Origin: Podarcis vaucheri
Lineage: Eukaryota
Assembly (NCBI GenBank): GCA_965113315.1
Contig: OZ220370.1
Direction: 5' to 3' (one strand)
Length of the DNA: 64,000 nt
Every line of letters starts with the position of its first letter. Position 1 is the stretch's first letter. Positions 36,819 to 49,746 of the stretch are shown here, piece by piece. The notes under the pieces are model-generated. The model saw only the letters and a list, made by a program, of their open reading frames with translations. It had not been told where the DNA came from and ran no database searches. The translations under genes and the position numbers were made by a program.

Positions 36819-38227
36819 CAGTGTTTCCCAACCACTAGTGTGCCGCGAGATGTTGCCTGGTGTGCCGCGGGAAAAATTAAAAAATTTGAAAGATTTTTTT
36901 TTAAGTCAAATTTTCGATTGGGGCGCCGTCACTAGATGACCCCTGGGGTTCCCTCCCTCCCTCCCTCCCGCTCTGCGCCTCCCTCCTCCTCCTCCTCCGG
37001 GGAGGCCCTTCCTGGCTCTCGGCCAAGGCTTGGCGGCTGCCACTCACTCACTCGCTCGCCCACCCGTCCCTCCATCCCTGCACCCGGCCTCTCCCCCTCC
37101 GTCCCCGGCGCGGGGGCTGCCGGGATCCGTAGTCCCCTCGCCCTTGGGCTCCACGCCCGCGCGGGGTGCGCAAACTACGTTTCCCAGCATGGCCTGGCGG
37201 GCCGGGCGTTTTGTTTGAAGCGCTCTTCTCCCGGCCATGGAATGAGCGCAGTGGCCGGGCGGGCAGGGGCTCTTCCGCGCAGACCCCGCGCAGTCTGCCT
37301 GCGCCCCCGCGGAGATCGGGCGGCAGGATGGAGCCCGGGGATCCCCGCGGAGGCGGAGCGGCGGAGGCAGAGGCTGCCCCCCAGGTAGGGCTGCGTCGGG
37401 GGGTTTTTATTTTTACAATGCTGCATCCGCGCCGGAGGGGACGCATCGGACCGCGGGGAGACCCCTTGGCGGGCGTGCAAGGCAATGCATGCGTGCAGGC
37501 GTTGCATGGAGTGCAGTGCAATGCAATGGCAACGCGGCGCCCTGTATGCATGCATGCAACTTCCACCGGCGCTCCGGACTTGGCAGGTGAGGGGGGTCCC
37601 CAGTGGGCGGCAGAGAAAGCCGGGAGGGCGAAGGGGAGCCGGGGGGAGCAGCGCTGCTCCCCGAGCCGAGCCCGGGGGGAAACTTCGGCGTCGTTGCGCC
37701 GGGTGTTGGAAGCGGAGGCTGGCGGGGGCCCCTCACCTGCAAAACCTGGTCGCCTCTCATATATTTTGTGCATTGCATTCATCGCCCGCTTTCTCCTCCA
37801 AGGAGCTCCCGGGGGCGAGTGTGGTTCTCCCCATGTTATCCTCGCAACAACAGCCCTGCGAGGTGGGTCAGGCGAGTGGCCCAAGGGAGCACCCAGGGAT
37901 TGTCCTGGCCAGGTGGGGTGATTTGAACCCTGCTCTCTGCCCGGTCTTCGTCCTCATTTAGCCCCCACATGTGCATGACTGTGCATGACTGAGGTTTTCC
38001 CCCCTCGTCTTGGCTATGGTGTGAGTCTGTGCTGTTAATTAATGGGGTTCTGCCTTCGGAGAAGATGAGCCAGCCCTCAAGGAGGTGATTATGTAATTTG
38101 CTAGCAATTCATGTCCCTCCCGGCATGACGCTGCGCGCTGACGTCACGGGGCTGTAATGGTGGTGTGCCTCAAGATTTTTTTCATGAAACAAGTGTGCCT
38201 TTGCCCAAAAAAGGTTGGGAAACACTG
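36819..38227. mobile_element. Non-autonomous hAT (Charlie-like ends) with CpG-island cargo, inserted in a CR1-type 3' tail
   Basis: Perfect 15-bp TIR CAGTGTTTCCCAACC; perfect 8-bp TSD CCCTATGG (36811-36818, 38228-38235). The flanks rejoin as a CR1-type tail. Confidence 0.92.
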
Positions 38228-41200
38228 CCCTATGGTATCCTCCAACTGTACAATTCTGATTCTGTGTTGGATTATTTGCGATTAGCTTTCCTATTTCTAC
38301 AGTATTCAAAACGCAATGCTCTTCGCAGTTTACAGTATCTTTAACTATTTGCACCACACAAGCAGAAATAAAAAAAAGAGCATGGAAGGGTTTTTGCTTT
38401 TTTAAAAAAAGAAAAGGAAAAAGGTTTTTCCATCTAGACTTGTGCATATTTATGCAAATGTTAATCCAGTGAATTCAGTGGAGTTTACATATAAACCAGA
38501 TTGCCAGCTGACCATGAACAGGGCTTGGCGACTTAGCAGCTGCCAATGCAGTATCTTTAGAATTGGAATGGCATGATCCTGTCTGGCTGCAGCCAATAAT
38601 CGTGTTGCAGCTTCCAGACCATTTTTCAGGGAAGACCCATGTAGAGCACATTGCAGTATATATTACCAGACTGCCTCTCCTTTTGAGTTTGGGAGCAGAT
38701 TAAAGGCTGTATAAAGAACTATGTTTTGCTCTTCATGCGGCTTCCCCCTGTAGTGAACCACAGAGGTGCAGATTGGATCGTCTTGCTGGGCAGTGCAGAA
38801 CAGTATTCCCAGGCTCTGGACCAGCCTCACCAAACTCAAGCTAGCCCCTGGATCCTCCTAAATGGAAGGACGGTCCATAGCTTTGTGTTTCGGCAGGAAC
38901 TTTGGAGCACCTTTGGTCTTTTCAGCCTTGTTTCTGGCACAACTCCTGGCTCCTCTCTTGACAGGTGCTCACAGCTCTTGCGCCGAAGTTTGTGGGTGCC
39001 CACAACAAAGGGCTTCAACTTTGCCCATTGACTTTGTGGGGCCTCAGCCCCACAAATATATTATAGTGGGTTCCAAAGCATCCATGGCCTCCAGTGCTCA
39101 CAGCTTAGCCTTGTGGGGTGGTCACACAGATGTGAAAGGAACAAGGGAAGCCTTGGGATGGGCAGAAGTGTCTTGCTGTTCCTTTGTTGCTGCCCACTTG
39201 CAGATTGCTGTGCCCTTCCTAGCCACACTGTTGAGGAAAATAGCAACTGCCTGACCGTTTGTGACCAACTAGGCAACCCTTTGTCCATCATTGAAGATCT
39301 TCTATTTCTCAAGGGGAGACCATTATAGTGCAGGGATAACCTTTGGCCTTCCAGTTGCTGTTGAACCCTCACTTTTTACTTCTCCCAGCCAGTATTACTA
39401 ATGGGAAGGAATAGAGTGGCCTGAGAACATCTGTAAGACCACACATTCCCCACCCCTATTGAAAGGCACTCAGTCTCATTCTATGTCCAAATAAAGCCAC
39501 ATGGGGGCAGACTGTCACAGCACATACAAAGTGAAACCTGTTGCATTGACAAACATGATACACAACTAGAAATATACTCCAGAAAGCTCAGCAGATACTG
39601 ACTGTTCATTTCCTGCTTGCTTTCACTGCTGGAGAAAGTTTGTGGCATGTACCTCCTCCTTACTGACTCTAGCAGCTGGATTCACTGGGAATGGGATCAC
39701 ACACTGGCTTGTGGTCTTCAGCATGTGATTGTCTCACTGTCTTAATTCATCTTTTTGCAGAACTGTAACTGTGAACATTGACTTACCTATTGCAGAAGGA
39801 TGTGTGGGAAGGATAAGTGATGGCAAATACTTGTGCTGTCTGTGCATGTTTCAAGTGCTACTATGGCTTGAGTTTGCAGGATCACATTTGGTACACAGCT
39901 CCTTGCATGTACTTGTAGCATACTGTGATGCAGGTGGTGTAGAATACTTTGAAGGGTAAGTATGACTTAACATGTAGCATGTTTGTGGACTGCTGTAAAA
40001 TGTACACATAGATATTTGGTTTGGATTTGGTTAGCAGCCACCAAAATGAAAGAACCAACGTTAATAATAATTTTCAGACTTTTAAAAGGCTTGGTGATGC
40101 TATAAAAAACAGAGGATTTTTGCCTCCTCTTTTGGTTTCTCGTGAGCCTCTGATCATATCAGTCAAGGCTGTTTGTGGCAAAAATGGAAGATGACTAGCA
40201 CAGATAACTGTCATAAACTGAGGCAATTATAATGGGGCCGATTGACTTCTAGAGAAAGGAGGTGCTGAAAATTGCCCACAAACATATTGTGGGTTTGTCA
40301 ATTGCCTAGTGTAGCTTGGCCTAAAAAGCTAGTTGCATTTGTTCTTTTAACCACAGGATGTCCCTTGTTTAGGTGTGACAAGTTTGTGAATTGTGTGTGA
40401 CGTTAAACATGTTTTGGAAATAGAGCGGAGTGGACACAACCAGTGTGGTGGTCCTTGGTATTAGTAAGTATTGATGTGTATAGAATTAAAATTCTAAATT
40501 TTTAGAGCAGCACAGAACGGTTAGATAAGATATCCTCTTAAATAGCAATATAAACCACAAGCTATCCTCTTCAGTAGCAATACAAACTACAACAACTAAC
40601 GTATGGGGACCATAATATCTACGGAGCAGATCCAAAATGCAGTAGAGACAACCAGCCCCACCCATCCAATATACAAGTGTGTATTTGTAGATAGCAACTG
40701 AAGTGAGAAGGGTGCTGCTATCTCCCCAACTTAAGCTCACATTAGAAGGTAACTAAATATAAGGCTTATTTGCACATAATTGCATACTGAGGGTATGATG
40801 GAAGGTTCACAGCATTAGCACTCCCAACAGATCCTGCAACCCTCATTAGATTTCTAGTGGGACCACGAAAGCCATAGACTGGTATTTTGCACAGAGTAAG
40901 TCACACTTTTGTCTCATGCAGGCCTAGTTCAAGACTGCCAATCTCTTGTTGTCAGGGCCTGGCTGGGCGAAAATTCTATTTCTCTTTTTCTAAACGTACG
41001 TCATAAAATGGCCTAGTTTGCACATAATGCTAAGCCATGGTTTGTTAGATTACTTCTCTGAAGCCATTATTTGTTGTTGGTTTATAATCCTTGGTTTGTT
41101 TTAGCTCTTGTGGCTTGGAGTTAAGTGCTGTCCAAGCATCTTTTCTTGATTTGTTTAGCCATTCCTCAGATCCTTACTGAGCTACAAAGGAACAAGGCAA

Positions 41201-42129
41201 GAGCAGCTGGAAAACAAAACAAAAAATGGAGATAAAGCTGTGGTTTATTTGATCATCTGAGGGACAACGTGTGGTTAACTCATGGTCTTTTAAAGAAACC
41301 ATGGCTGGACATTAAGTGTGAATCAGGCCAGTGAAGTGACACTGTAACAACCAAATTGGGTAGTTGCAAAGTTGTGATTATCTCCCTCGCCCCCAAATTG
41401 CTTTTCCTAGGAGATAATCTCACACACATAAGGTTTGTTGTTTTGTAATAGGCAGAATAAAATAAAAGCTAAACATAATTGAAACTGGGGGAAAATGAAG
41501 TTCTAGTTGCACCTGATCAAAACGAAAACTAAACATTACATTTGATAGACTTCAAGTAAAAACAAAACTAGAGAACTGACATGATTTCATTAGATAAATG
41601 GAAGCAAAGCAAATAAACACATGGCAGAGAGTCTTATTTCTTTTGCTGAGCTGTCGTGCAATTACTTGCAACTGGTAAGTTTTTGAAGCGTTTGCACCAG
41701 CTTAATACATTTTGCTGCCTGTTGAGAAGGGTGATTTCTCCTACCCCAATCCAAAAACTGATTGAGTGGCAGTTGAATCTTGCTTCCATGCTATTGATGG
41801 ACCACAGTCTTCCACGGCATTTGGAGGTAGTCAGCTTGCTTAGGTAATGTAAGGTAGTCCACAGGACCAGGGCAGGGAAGAGACCACTTGCCTCCACATT
41901 ACCCTTCATCTGCTCCCTGGGACAGTCACTCTACTTTGACTGACGACAGAGTTACTCAGGGATGTTACATTGGACCAGGAAATAAGGCAGAAATAAGCAA
42001 TGGGTTCTGGCTGCAGTGAAGCCACGGAAGGAAGGAAGGGAGTAAACTGTGAACATTTTGAGCAGCAACAAAAAGAAAAGGACATATGACAATACTCAGG
42101 GGGAAAATCAAATTATTTCTCATTAGTAC

Positions 42130-42790
42130 AGGAAGTTTGAAACCGGTTTGTGGATTCCCAAAATACAACCCTTCTGGAACTCAGTTTGTCAAGAAATAGC
42201 TAAATTGTTAACCGTGTGGTCACTTCCCCACCTCAGTTTGTCTGAAGCGGGAGATGTACCCGCACACTGCAGAGAGATGGTGTCTCACTCAACGTTCGCT
42301 GCCAGTGGAATTATTACCAAACACTGGAAAGATTTAAATGGGGCTACCCTCTTAACCTGGTACAACAAACCGTGGGAGATAGCCTTATTGGGGAAAACTC
42401 ACTTGCACTTTAAGAGTAGCAAGAGGGCAAAACAAATTATTTGTAATATGTTATGATGTTATTAATTATGTAAAGGATGACTTGCACAATTTTAACCTGT
42501 GACCAGCATTCAGATCCATGGTTGCTCTAAGATGACAATCTTCTCTCCCCCTTCCCAATATGCTCTCTATATACATCAGTGCATAAATCCAAGACAAATC
42601 TTTCTGTTTTCTGTTTATAGTTAAGAAATGTGTAAATAAACTCCTAATCGGTACCCTTCCTACCCCTGCATCCTGAATTTTTCTTTCGTCTATTGCATAT
42701 TTCTGTATTAATTATTTTTTGAACTAAGTGCCTTCCACATTGTATGGTTATTCTGAATCTTTGTATTCCTTAAAATCAATAAAATTACTT
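42130..42790 (+). mobile_element. Old L1-like 3' fragment
   Basis: Degenerate WIPKIQPFWNSVCQEI...IITKHWKD...TWYNKPWEIALL resembles an L1 ORF2 C-terminus; AATAAA near 42778. Confidence 0.6.
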
Positions 42791-43466
42791 TTTAGAGACC
42801 CAACATCTGGGAATAGTCTACCTTAATTGGTGTTACTCCAGCCATGCTAGCTGTAAGGCACCACTGAATTCATTAAATGTCAGAACAGCCATGATGGGTT
42901 TAAAATGGATGACCGCAGTTTAAAAGTCCAGCTGCGTGCAAGGTGCTTGGGAGTTTGAACCTTGAACCGAAGAGAATTGACAGCCAATGTGTGACTTTGG
43001 CACCTGAGTTGACGCTACTTGATAAGAAAAGCATGTCTGGTAAGATGCCAAGGAGACCATTATCAGACAGCACTGCTGATGGCAAAACCATAACAAACTT
43101 GGATTGTTTTGGGGAGAAATGTAGATATCTAATGTGTCTGCAACAGGGGCAGGGAACCTCACACCCAAGGCCAAATGTAGCCCTCCTAGAAAGTTTCTGG
43201 ACTGATCGTTGTGAATCAATAAACCATTTCGTTACAATTGTCTCTTTTCCACTAGGGCAGGAGCATGTGTAAATTCAAACCCAGGTTAACTATTGGCACA
43301 TGAGCTTTGTGCGAGAATGTGAAATACACAGGTTGTCTGCGAGAGCTCCCCAAATGCTTTTGTTATCCTTGTTGTACTTTCTGTATTTCATTTCCCTCTG
43401 GTCACGCTGTTTACAATTCTGCCCCCCCCCCCCAGTGTACGCTTGTAACTCAGGATAACATTTTAT

Positions 43467-43506
43467 GCATCTGATGAAAGGCAATTTACTCCATGAAAGC
43501 TTGTGC
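43467..43506 (+). ncRNA. Degenerate hammerhead ribozyme remnant (Penelope-like)
   Basis: GCAU-CUGAUGA-...-GAAA-GCUU-GUGC; core and stem I retained, stem II decayed. Confidence 0.5.
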
Positions 43507-44029
43507 CATAATAATAAATGTGCTAGGGTTCATAGAATCGTAGAGTCAGAAGGGACCCTGAGGGTCATCTAGACCAACCCGCTGAAATGCAGGAATCTCA
43601 GCTAAAACATCCATGGCAGGTGGCCAGCCAACCTCTGCTTAAAACCTCCAAGGAAGGAGAGTCATCACTTCCCAAGGTAGACCATTCCACTGGCAAATGG
43701 CTCTTACTGTCAGAAAGGTGGTATTCAGTTATTTCCCCCCCCCCCTTAAATAAGACACATCGAAATTAATGCACCTAAATCAGTCCTAAACATTTCACTA
43801 GGTCTACTGTGAGTAGGACTACTGTGGGACACAACCCCTAGTATTTAAGATGCTGCAAGGTCTTTGTTGTTTGGTTCTATTCGGTGTGGTTATTTTCTCA
43901 CAATGGTGTGCAGTGTGGCACAAGCGTACCAGGATGAGTGGAAATGCATGCTGTCACTCAGAAGTCTACCTCAGCAAATGGACCTGTGTAATGCAGAGAG
44001 AATTAAAAGAAGCAGAGATAAAGGCAAGA

Positions 44030-44383
44030 CTATGGCACTGTGGGTTAAACCACAGAGCCTAGGACTTGCCGATCAGAAGGTCGGCGGTTCGAATCCCCGC
44101 GATGGGGTGAGCTCCCATTGCTTGGTCCCTGCGCCTGCCAACCTAACAGTTCGAAAGCACGTGAAAGTGCAAGTAGATAAATAGGTACCGCTCCAGTGGG
44201 AAGGTAAATGGCTTTTCTGTGCACTGCTCTGGTTCGCCAGAAGCGGCTTAGTCATGCTGGCCACGTGACCCGGAAGCTGTCTGCAGACAAAAGCCGGCTC
44301 CCTTGGCCAATAAAGCGAGATGAACGCTGCAACCCCAGAGTCTGCCACGACTGGACCTAATGGTCAGGGGTCCCCTTACCTTT
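44030..44383 (+). mobile_element. Sauria SINE
   Basis: Same family, ends CCCCTTACCTTT. Confidence 0.85.
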
Positions 44384-45759
44384 TATGCAGTGAAGCAGAC
44401 CATGTAATCACAGGACACCTCTGGTACACATCTGGAATTAGAGGGCAGGAGTGTTCAAAGCAGAGGTCAGTTCAAAAGTTTGTAAACTGTATATCAGGCA
44501 TGTCCAAGGGACTGATCTACTCCCAGTATTAAAAAAAAAAACTGGTAGTGATTTACCCATTGTCATTGGAGGGAGGAGGAGCATGCGTGGGGTGGATGAG
44601 TGGAAGGGGAGGGTTGCCAAGAAGAGTTTGGATTTGATATCCCGCATTATCACTACCCTAAGGAGTCTCAAAGCAGCTAACAATCTCCTTTCCCTTCCTC
44701 CCCCACTACAAACACTCTGTGAGGTGAGTGGGGCTGAGGGACTTCACAGAAGTGTGACTGGCCCAAGGTCACCCAGCAGCTGCATGTGGAGGAGCGGGGA
44801 AGCGAACCCGGTTCACCTAATTACGAGTCCACCGCTCTTAACCACTACACCACACTGACTCTGCCAAGGGTTGCTGAGCTTTTTGGGGGGAGGATTGAAC
44901 AGAGTTGTTGAACTATTTTTGGGATGATCCTGCAATCTACCAGGGATCTACCGGTAGATCGTGATCTACTGGTTGGACATGCCTGCGGTATATATTACTG
45001 ATGTACACACTCCAATCTCTAAGCAGTGCAAAATTCCAGATGTTTGCCCAGCCCTCTGTTTCCTTGGAATGAGGGGTATATATATTTCATGATATATGGT
45101 TTATCTGCATATATAAACAACCCGAGCTTATGAAGGAGGCGCTCACAGCATGAAGGTCTTGCTTTACCAAATAGGCAAAGTAGGCATTGGCCTATGGGGC
45201 CCCACAACAACTGACCAAAGTAATATTGATTTGATCTTGAAAGAAAATTATAAAAATGTATTAGGAGATAATTTGTGAGCCCCCCCCCCCCCCAGATTTT
45301 GACTGCCCTCTTCAGGGTTTACTCTGGCAGTGTTCCTCTTCCCAGACCCTCCAAGTGTCCCTATTTTCCAAGGACAGTCCCAGAATTACAGAAGCCATCC
45401 CAGTTTCTGATTTGATCCTGGAATGTCCTGCTTTTCCATCAGATGTCCCTATTTTCATTGGAGAAATTTTGGAGGGTATGTGACCCCTAGCCAAAGAGAT
45501 AAATGACTATACATCTGAAGGCAGCCCTTCAGGGGGTCTTTTTTAATGTTTAATGTTTTTATATATGTTAAAAGCTGCTCAGAGTGGCTGGGGCAACCCA
45601 GTCAGATGGGCAGGGTACAAATAATAAAATTATTGTGGAATAACACCTCCCTATTTTCATCAGAGAAATGTCCTCCCCCTTTTGCTCCACAATAGCCCTG
45701 CGATGTAGAGGCAGATAAGTGTATGGCCCACGGTCACCCAGGGAGAGCTGAACGTGGAC

Positions 45760-45937
45760 CATAGCTGTCAACTTTCAGATTTGAAAATAAGGGATCAGCA
45801 GCCTCGAAAATAAGGGATCAGCAGCCTCACCTGTCCCAGGGACAGTCTACGGGATATCTAACAATCCGGGATAGCAGCGGGAAACGGCGCTGGAATAAGG
45901 GAATTTCTCGGGGAAAAAGGGAAGGTTGACAGCTATG
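45760..45937. mobile_element. hAT MITE (same family as 29112-29331, opposite orientation)
   Basis: TIR CATAGCTGTCAAC; degenerate TSD ACGTGGAC / GCCTGGAC. Confidence 0.85.
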
Positions 45938-45949
45938 GCCTGGACCTTG

Positions 45950-46629
45950 CCAGCTCATGATCTCCCATTCTGCACCACCGCACTTGGCTGGCTGGCTGGC
46001 GGAGCCCCGATTGCCTTTCTGTTACTTATTCTTAGGAAGAAGAAACGCAGCGCAGCTTCTTAATCGACCGCGATCCCCCTTTGACCCATTTTTCTTTCCT
46101 CCTCCTCCCCCCCCCCCAGCTGTTGTGGAAGGAAGAAGAACAGGAAGAACTCAGTTAAGTCGAGGGGGGGAAGGGGAGGGGGGGACCCAAGCAGCTGGAG
46201 TTGCTTCCCCTGTTCGGCAGAAAGGCAGGCGCGCAGAAAGAAGCGCCGCCTCTCCATTTCGCTAGCCCGCTCTGCAATCTTGTGAAAGGTCGCTGGTGGT
46301 AAATGAAGAGGGGAGCCCTCCCTCCCTCTCTCCACCTCCCCTTTTAAGCCTTCCCAGCCCCAGCCCCCCCCCCCCCCGCCGCCGCCGCCCTTGCCCTGAA
46401 CTGGATCATCCTGCGCCACAGCTGACATTGAGCGCACGCTTTGCGCAAGCAGCGCCTGTCCCCAGCCAGTGCCGGACGGAGGGGGTCGCTGGTGCCTCGG
46501 CTGGATCGCCTCTGCTGCAACCACGTGTCTCCCTCGCCAGCTGCCTGTCACACACCACAACAAGAAAGCCAGCGGGGGGATCTTTTTTGATCGCCTGCGG
46601 AAGGAACGCACGACTTTCCCCCAGCCCAG
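45950..46629 (+). promoter_or_regulatory. DEPTOR: DEPTOR CpG-island promoter and probable non-coding first exon
   Basis: CpG/GC-rich region ending in a strong donor CCCAG|GTGAGT at 46629/46630. The next coding exon has its own CAG acceptor at 47492. Confidence 0.6.
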
Positions 46630-47504
46630 GTGAGTGGAAAGCCCGGGGTGGGTGGTTATAGTTTCTGTTTGAGCTTGGAGAGCCTCCGGTGGCTTTTCCT
46701 CCCGTGACTGATGATGCAAGAATGCAATTCTCCGGAGACAGAGAATCTGCTGTTATATTTCTCCCTGCGGCAGGATTAGAGGGGAAGGGAGAAAGGCTGC
46801 GTTCCCTTCGACCCGTCCGCAGCTAACATGCCCAAACTGACGCATGCAAAATTATTGCAACGTGAAATGAAGGGGGGAGAAGGGGGCTGGTGGGAGGAAT
46901 CTGCCCAAGAGCGCTTGAATGCAAGGCTTGCAGGACGGATCGGAGCGAGGCAGCTCCTCGGTTCCTGCAAAGAAGAGAGGAGCGCGCGAGGAGAAAAGGG
47001 AAACTTGTGAAAGCCAGGAATAAAACGCGTTTGCGCGTTGCCAGTTGCGAAAGAGCTCAAGGGCGGGAGGTGAAACAGAGATGCAGCGAGCCAAAGGGCG
47101 ACAGAAGTTTTAACTGAAGCGGGGCAGAAATGGTCTCTGGAGAGCGCAAAGCTTAGAGTGGAAGATGCCACTGTGAGGGACGGAGGGGAGGGGTTAGGCA
47201 CAGAATTGGGCTGCTGGAGGGGGGCTCAGGGTAATGTTGAGGTTTCTCAGAGTTGAAAGGGACCCCGAGGGACATTTAGCCCAACCCCCTGCAATGCAGG
47301 TATATCAAGGTGGCCCATGTGGGGATCAAAGCCACGGCCTTGACGTTATCAGCACCACGTCCTAACCAACTGAGCAAACTGGTGTTTGGGAGGTTAGGTT
47401 GCAAAGCTTCAGCTTTGAGCACTGGAGAGGCTGAGGAAGGAATCCAAATCTGCTCCCTGTTAACCTTCTGGTTCTTGTGCGCACCTGGCCAGGTTAGTGG
47501 CGAG

Positions 47505-47593
47505 ATGGAAGAAAGCAGCCTGGGCACCATGCAGCAGAGAGCGACCGAGCTGGAGCACATGGCGGAGGTCCTGCTTACAGGGGAGCAGCTACG
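47505..47593 (+). CDS. DEPTOR: DEPTOR coding exon 1 (exon starts about 47493)
   Basis: MEESSLGTMQQRATELEHMAEVLLTGEQL(R) resembles DEPTOR ELERMAEVLVTGEQLR; donor CG|GTAGG. Confidence 0.93.
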
Positions 47594-47855
47594 GTAGGAG
47601 ACCTGGACTTTTCCCTTTGCAAAAATGTCGTGAAAGTGAACTGGGGAGTGGGAGATCTTTTTGCTGATGGGGACAGGCGGGAGGAACCACTACTTGGGGG
47701 GCCTAACCACTACTTGGGGGGCTGCAGCGGGTTTCAGGGAGAGTTGCATGTGCCACTGCCCTGTACTCCCTAACCTCAGATGCACTGGGCAGGGCTGGCC
47801 CAAGACATTTCGGCCCCCAAGGTGCCCTTCCCATCAGGGAAGACAGGGTGGATGA

Positions 47856-48093
47856 CAGTGGTTACATACGCTTCAGGTTACATACGCTTCAGATTACATA
47901 CGCTTCAGGTTACAGACTCCACTAACCCAGAAATAGTACCTCGGGTTAAGAACTTTGCTTCAGAAATCGTGCTCTAGCGGTGCGGCGGCAGCAGGAGGCC
48001 CCATTAGCTAAAATGGTGCTTCAGGTTAAGAACACTTTCAGGTTAAGAACGGACCTCTGGAACGAATTAAGTACTTAACCCGAGGTACCACTG
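47856..48093 (-). mobile_element. Tc1/mariner-type MITE (one TIR partly deleted)
   Basis: Reverse complement of the 17442 family. Confidence 0.85.
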
Positions 48094-48261
48094 TACATCA
48101 GGAACAGGGGGTGAGGAAAGATTGACATCAGGATATGCTGGCCCTGGGGACCCTGCCACCTGAGGCGGTCACCTCCCTTGGCCTCATGGGTGGGCCGGCC
48201 CTGAGGCGGCATTGAAATTGGAAAACAGAAGAAGAAGAAGATAAATAGGGCTTGGGAAATA

Positions 48262-48503
48262 CAGTGGTACCTCGGGTTAAGTACTTAATTCGTTCCGGAG
48301 GTCCATTCTTAACCTGAAACTGTTCTTAACCTGAAGCACCACTTTAGCTAACGGGGCCTCCTGCTGCTGCCGCGCTGCCGGAGCACGATTTCTGTTCTCA
48401 TCCTGAAGCAATGTTCTTAACCCAAGGTACTATTTCAGGGTTAGCGGAGTCTGTAACCTGAAGCGTCTGTAACCTGAAGCGTATGTAACCCGAGGTACCA
48501 CTG
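48262..48503 (+). mobile_element. Tc1/mariner-type MITE
   Basis: TIR CAGTGGTACCTCGGGTTA at both ends. Confidence 0.88.
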
Positions 48504-49746
48504 TCCTGTCCTGTCGCTTATGTCTTTTTATAAGGTTTACAGAGAAAATGAACACTCTCATGCATCCAATTTCATATGTGCATTCTTCAACGGCATGAAT
48601 CACCATAGGCAAAACTTTTCAGGGTAGAGAAATGTCTTGCCGCGTCCTGCAGTATCTGTAATGTACTGTAATTTTGTGCAATTTTCAGTTCAGTTCAGTG
48701 AATTATTGCTGCATGGGTTATTTGACAGCAGGTCAGCCAACGAATTTAAAAAGGCAAAGGGAGGAGGAGGAGGAGGAAGAGTAAGAAAGGAAAGATAGTG
48801 ACTGCATTCCTTGTATGCCCTGAGTGTTTAGCATGGGCAGCTGCTTATATCAGACCAAACCTGTTAATCACGCTGAGCTCCCTTCAGGCTGCATAAAGTC
48901 CAGGTCATAAGATAAGACAGGAAAGCGAGTAATCAGAATGCAGGTCTTAGCATCTCTTGGGCATTAAACTCATTATGGAAACTCTATTCATCTTTCATGC
49001 GGTCCCAAATTAATTAATTCCCCCAAAGAATGAATGGGAAAGTGCCAATACCACAGCAGTACATTTAATTTTGGAAGATTGCTCCCTTAAACCCAATCCT
49101 GAACACGTTTCCTGAAAAGTTGATCTCAGTAGGATTTACTTCCAAGGAAGAAGGATCACATCTTAAGCAGAATGACGATGTTTTTACCCACCCATTTCCT
49201 TCCCTATTTTTAAGAACTAGCGTGTAACGGTGGTGGTGGTGGATTCTGCAGGTGCAGAAGTCATCATAATACAACTTTCTAACATGTGGTTCGAGGGGAA
49301 ATGATTGTGTGTTTCTATGAATTAGGGGGAAAGCACATATCCAGACTCCCCTTATCTGTATAATAATGTGTGGTTTGGGGCCTTTCCATATATATTTTTT
49401 AAAAAAACTTCACTTCTCTTTAAGCAATTAAATACTGATCCTTTCTCTCTTAGCAATGTAAATCTCCTTAGGAAAGCCTTCCTGGATCAGACCAAAGCCC
49501 GTCTAGTCCAGCATCCTAATCTCTCAGTGGCCAATCAGATGCCTACAGAAAGTTTGCAAGCAGGACAGGAGTGCAGCAACACTCTTCCCACTTGAACTCC
49601 CCAGAAACTGGGTGTTCAAAGAAGAGGCATACTGGAACTCGTTCTTGGCCACCATGGTCAGAAGCTATTATCCTCCACAAATTTGCCAAATTCATCTTAA
49701 AGCCATCTTGGTTGGTGGCCGGCCATCGCTACCTCTTGCGGCAGTG

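Noticed and set aside
37048-37961. Long ORFs (278, 251 and 158 aa) on both strands
   Set aside because: CpG-island artefacts. Only the short ATG-to-donor segment 37328-37384 has exon-like signals.
38720-39360. Cluster of overlapping ORFs between DSCC1 and DEPTOR
   Set aside because: No splice structure or known motifs; probably an old LINE-derived segment that I cannot assign to a family.
46060-47201. 219-aa and 141-aa minus-strand ORFs
   Set aside because: Low-complexity frames across the DEPTOR CpG island.
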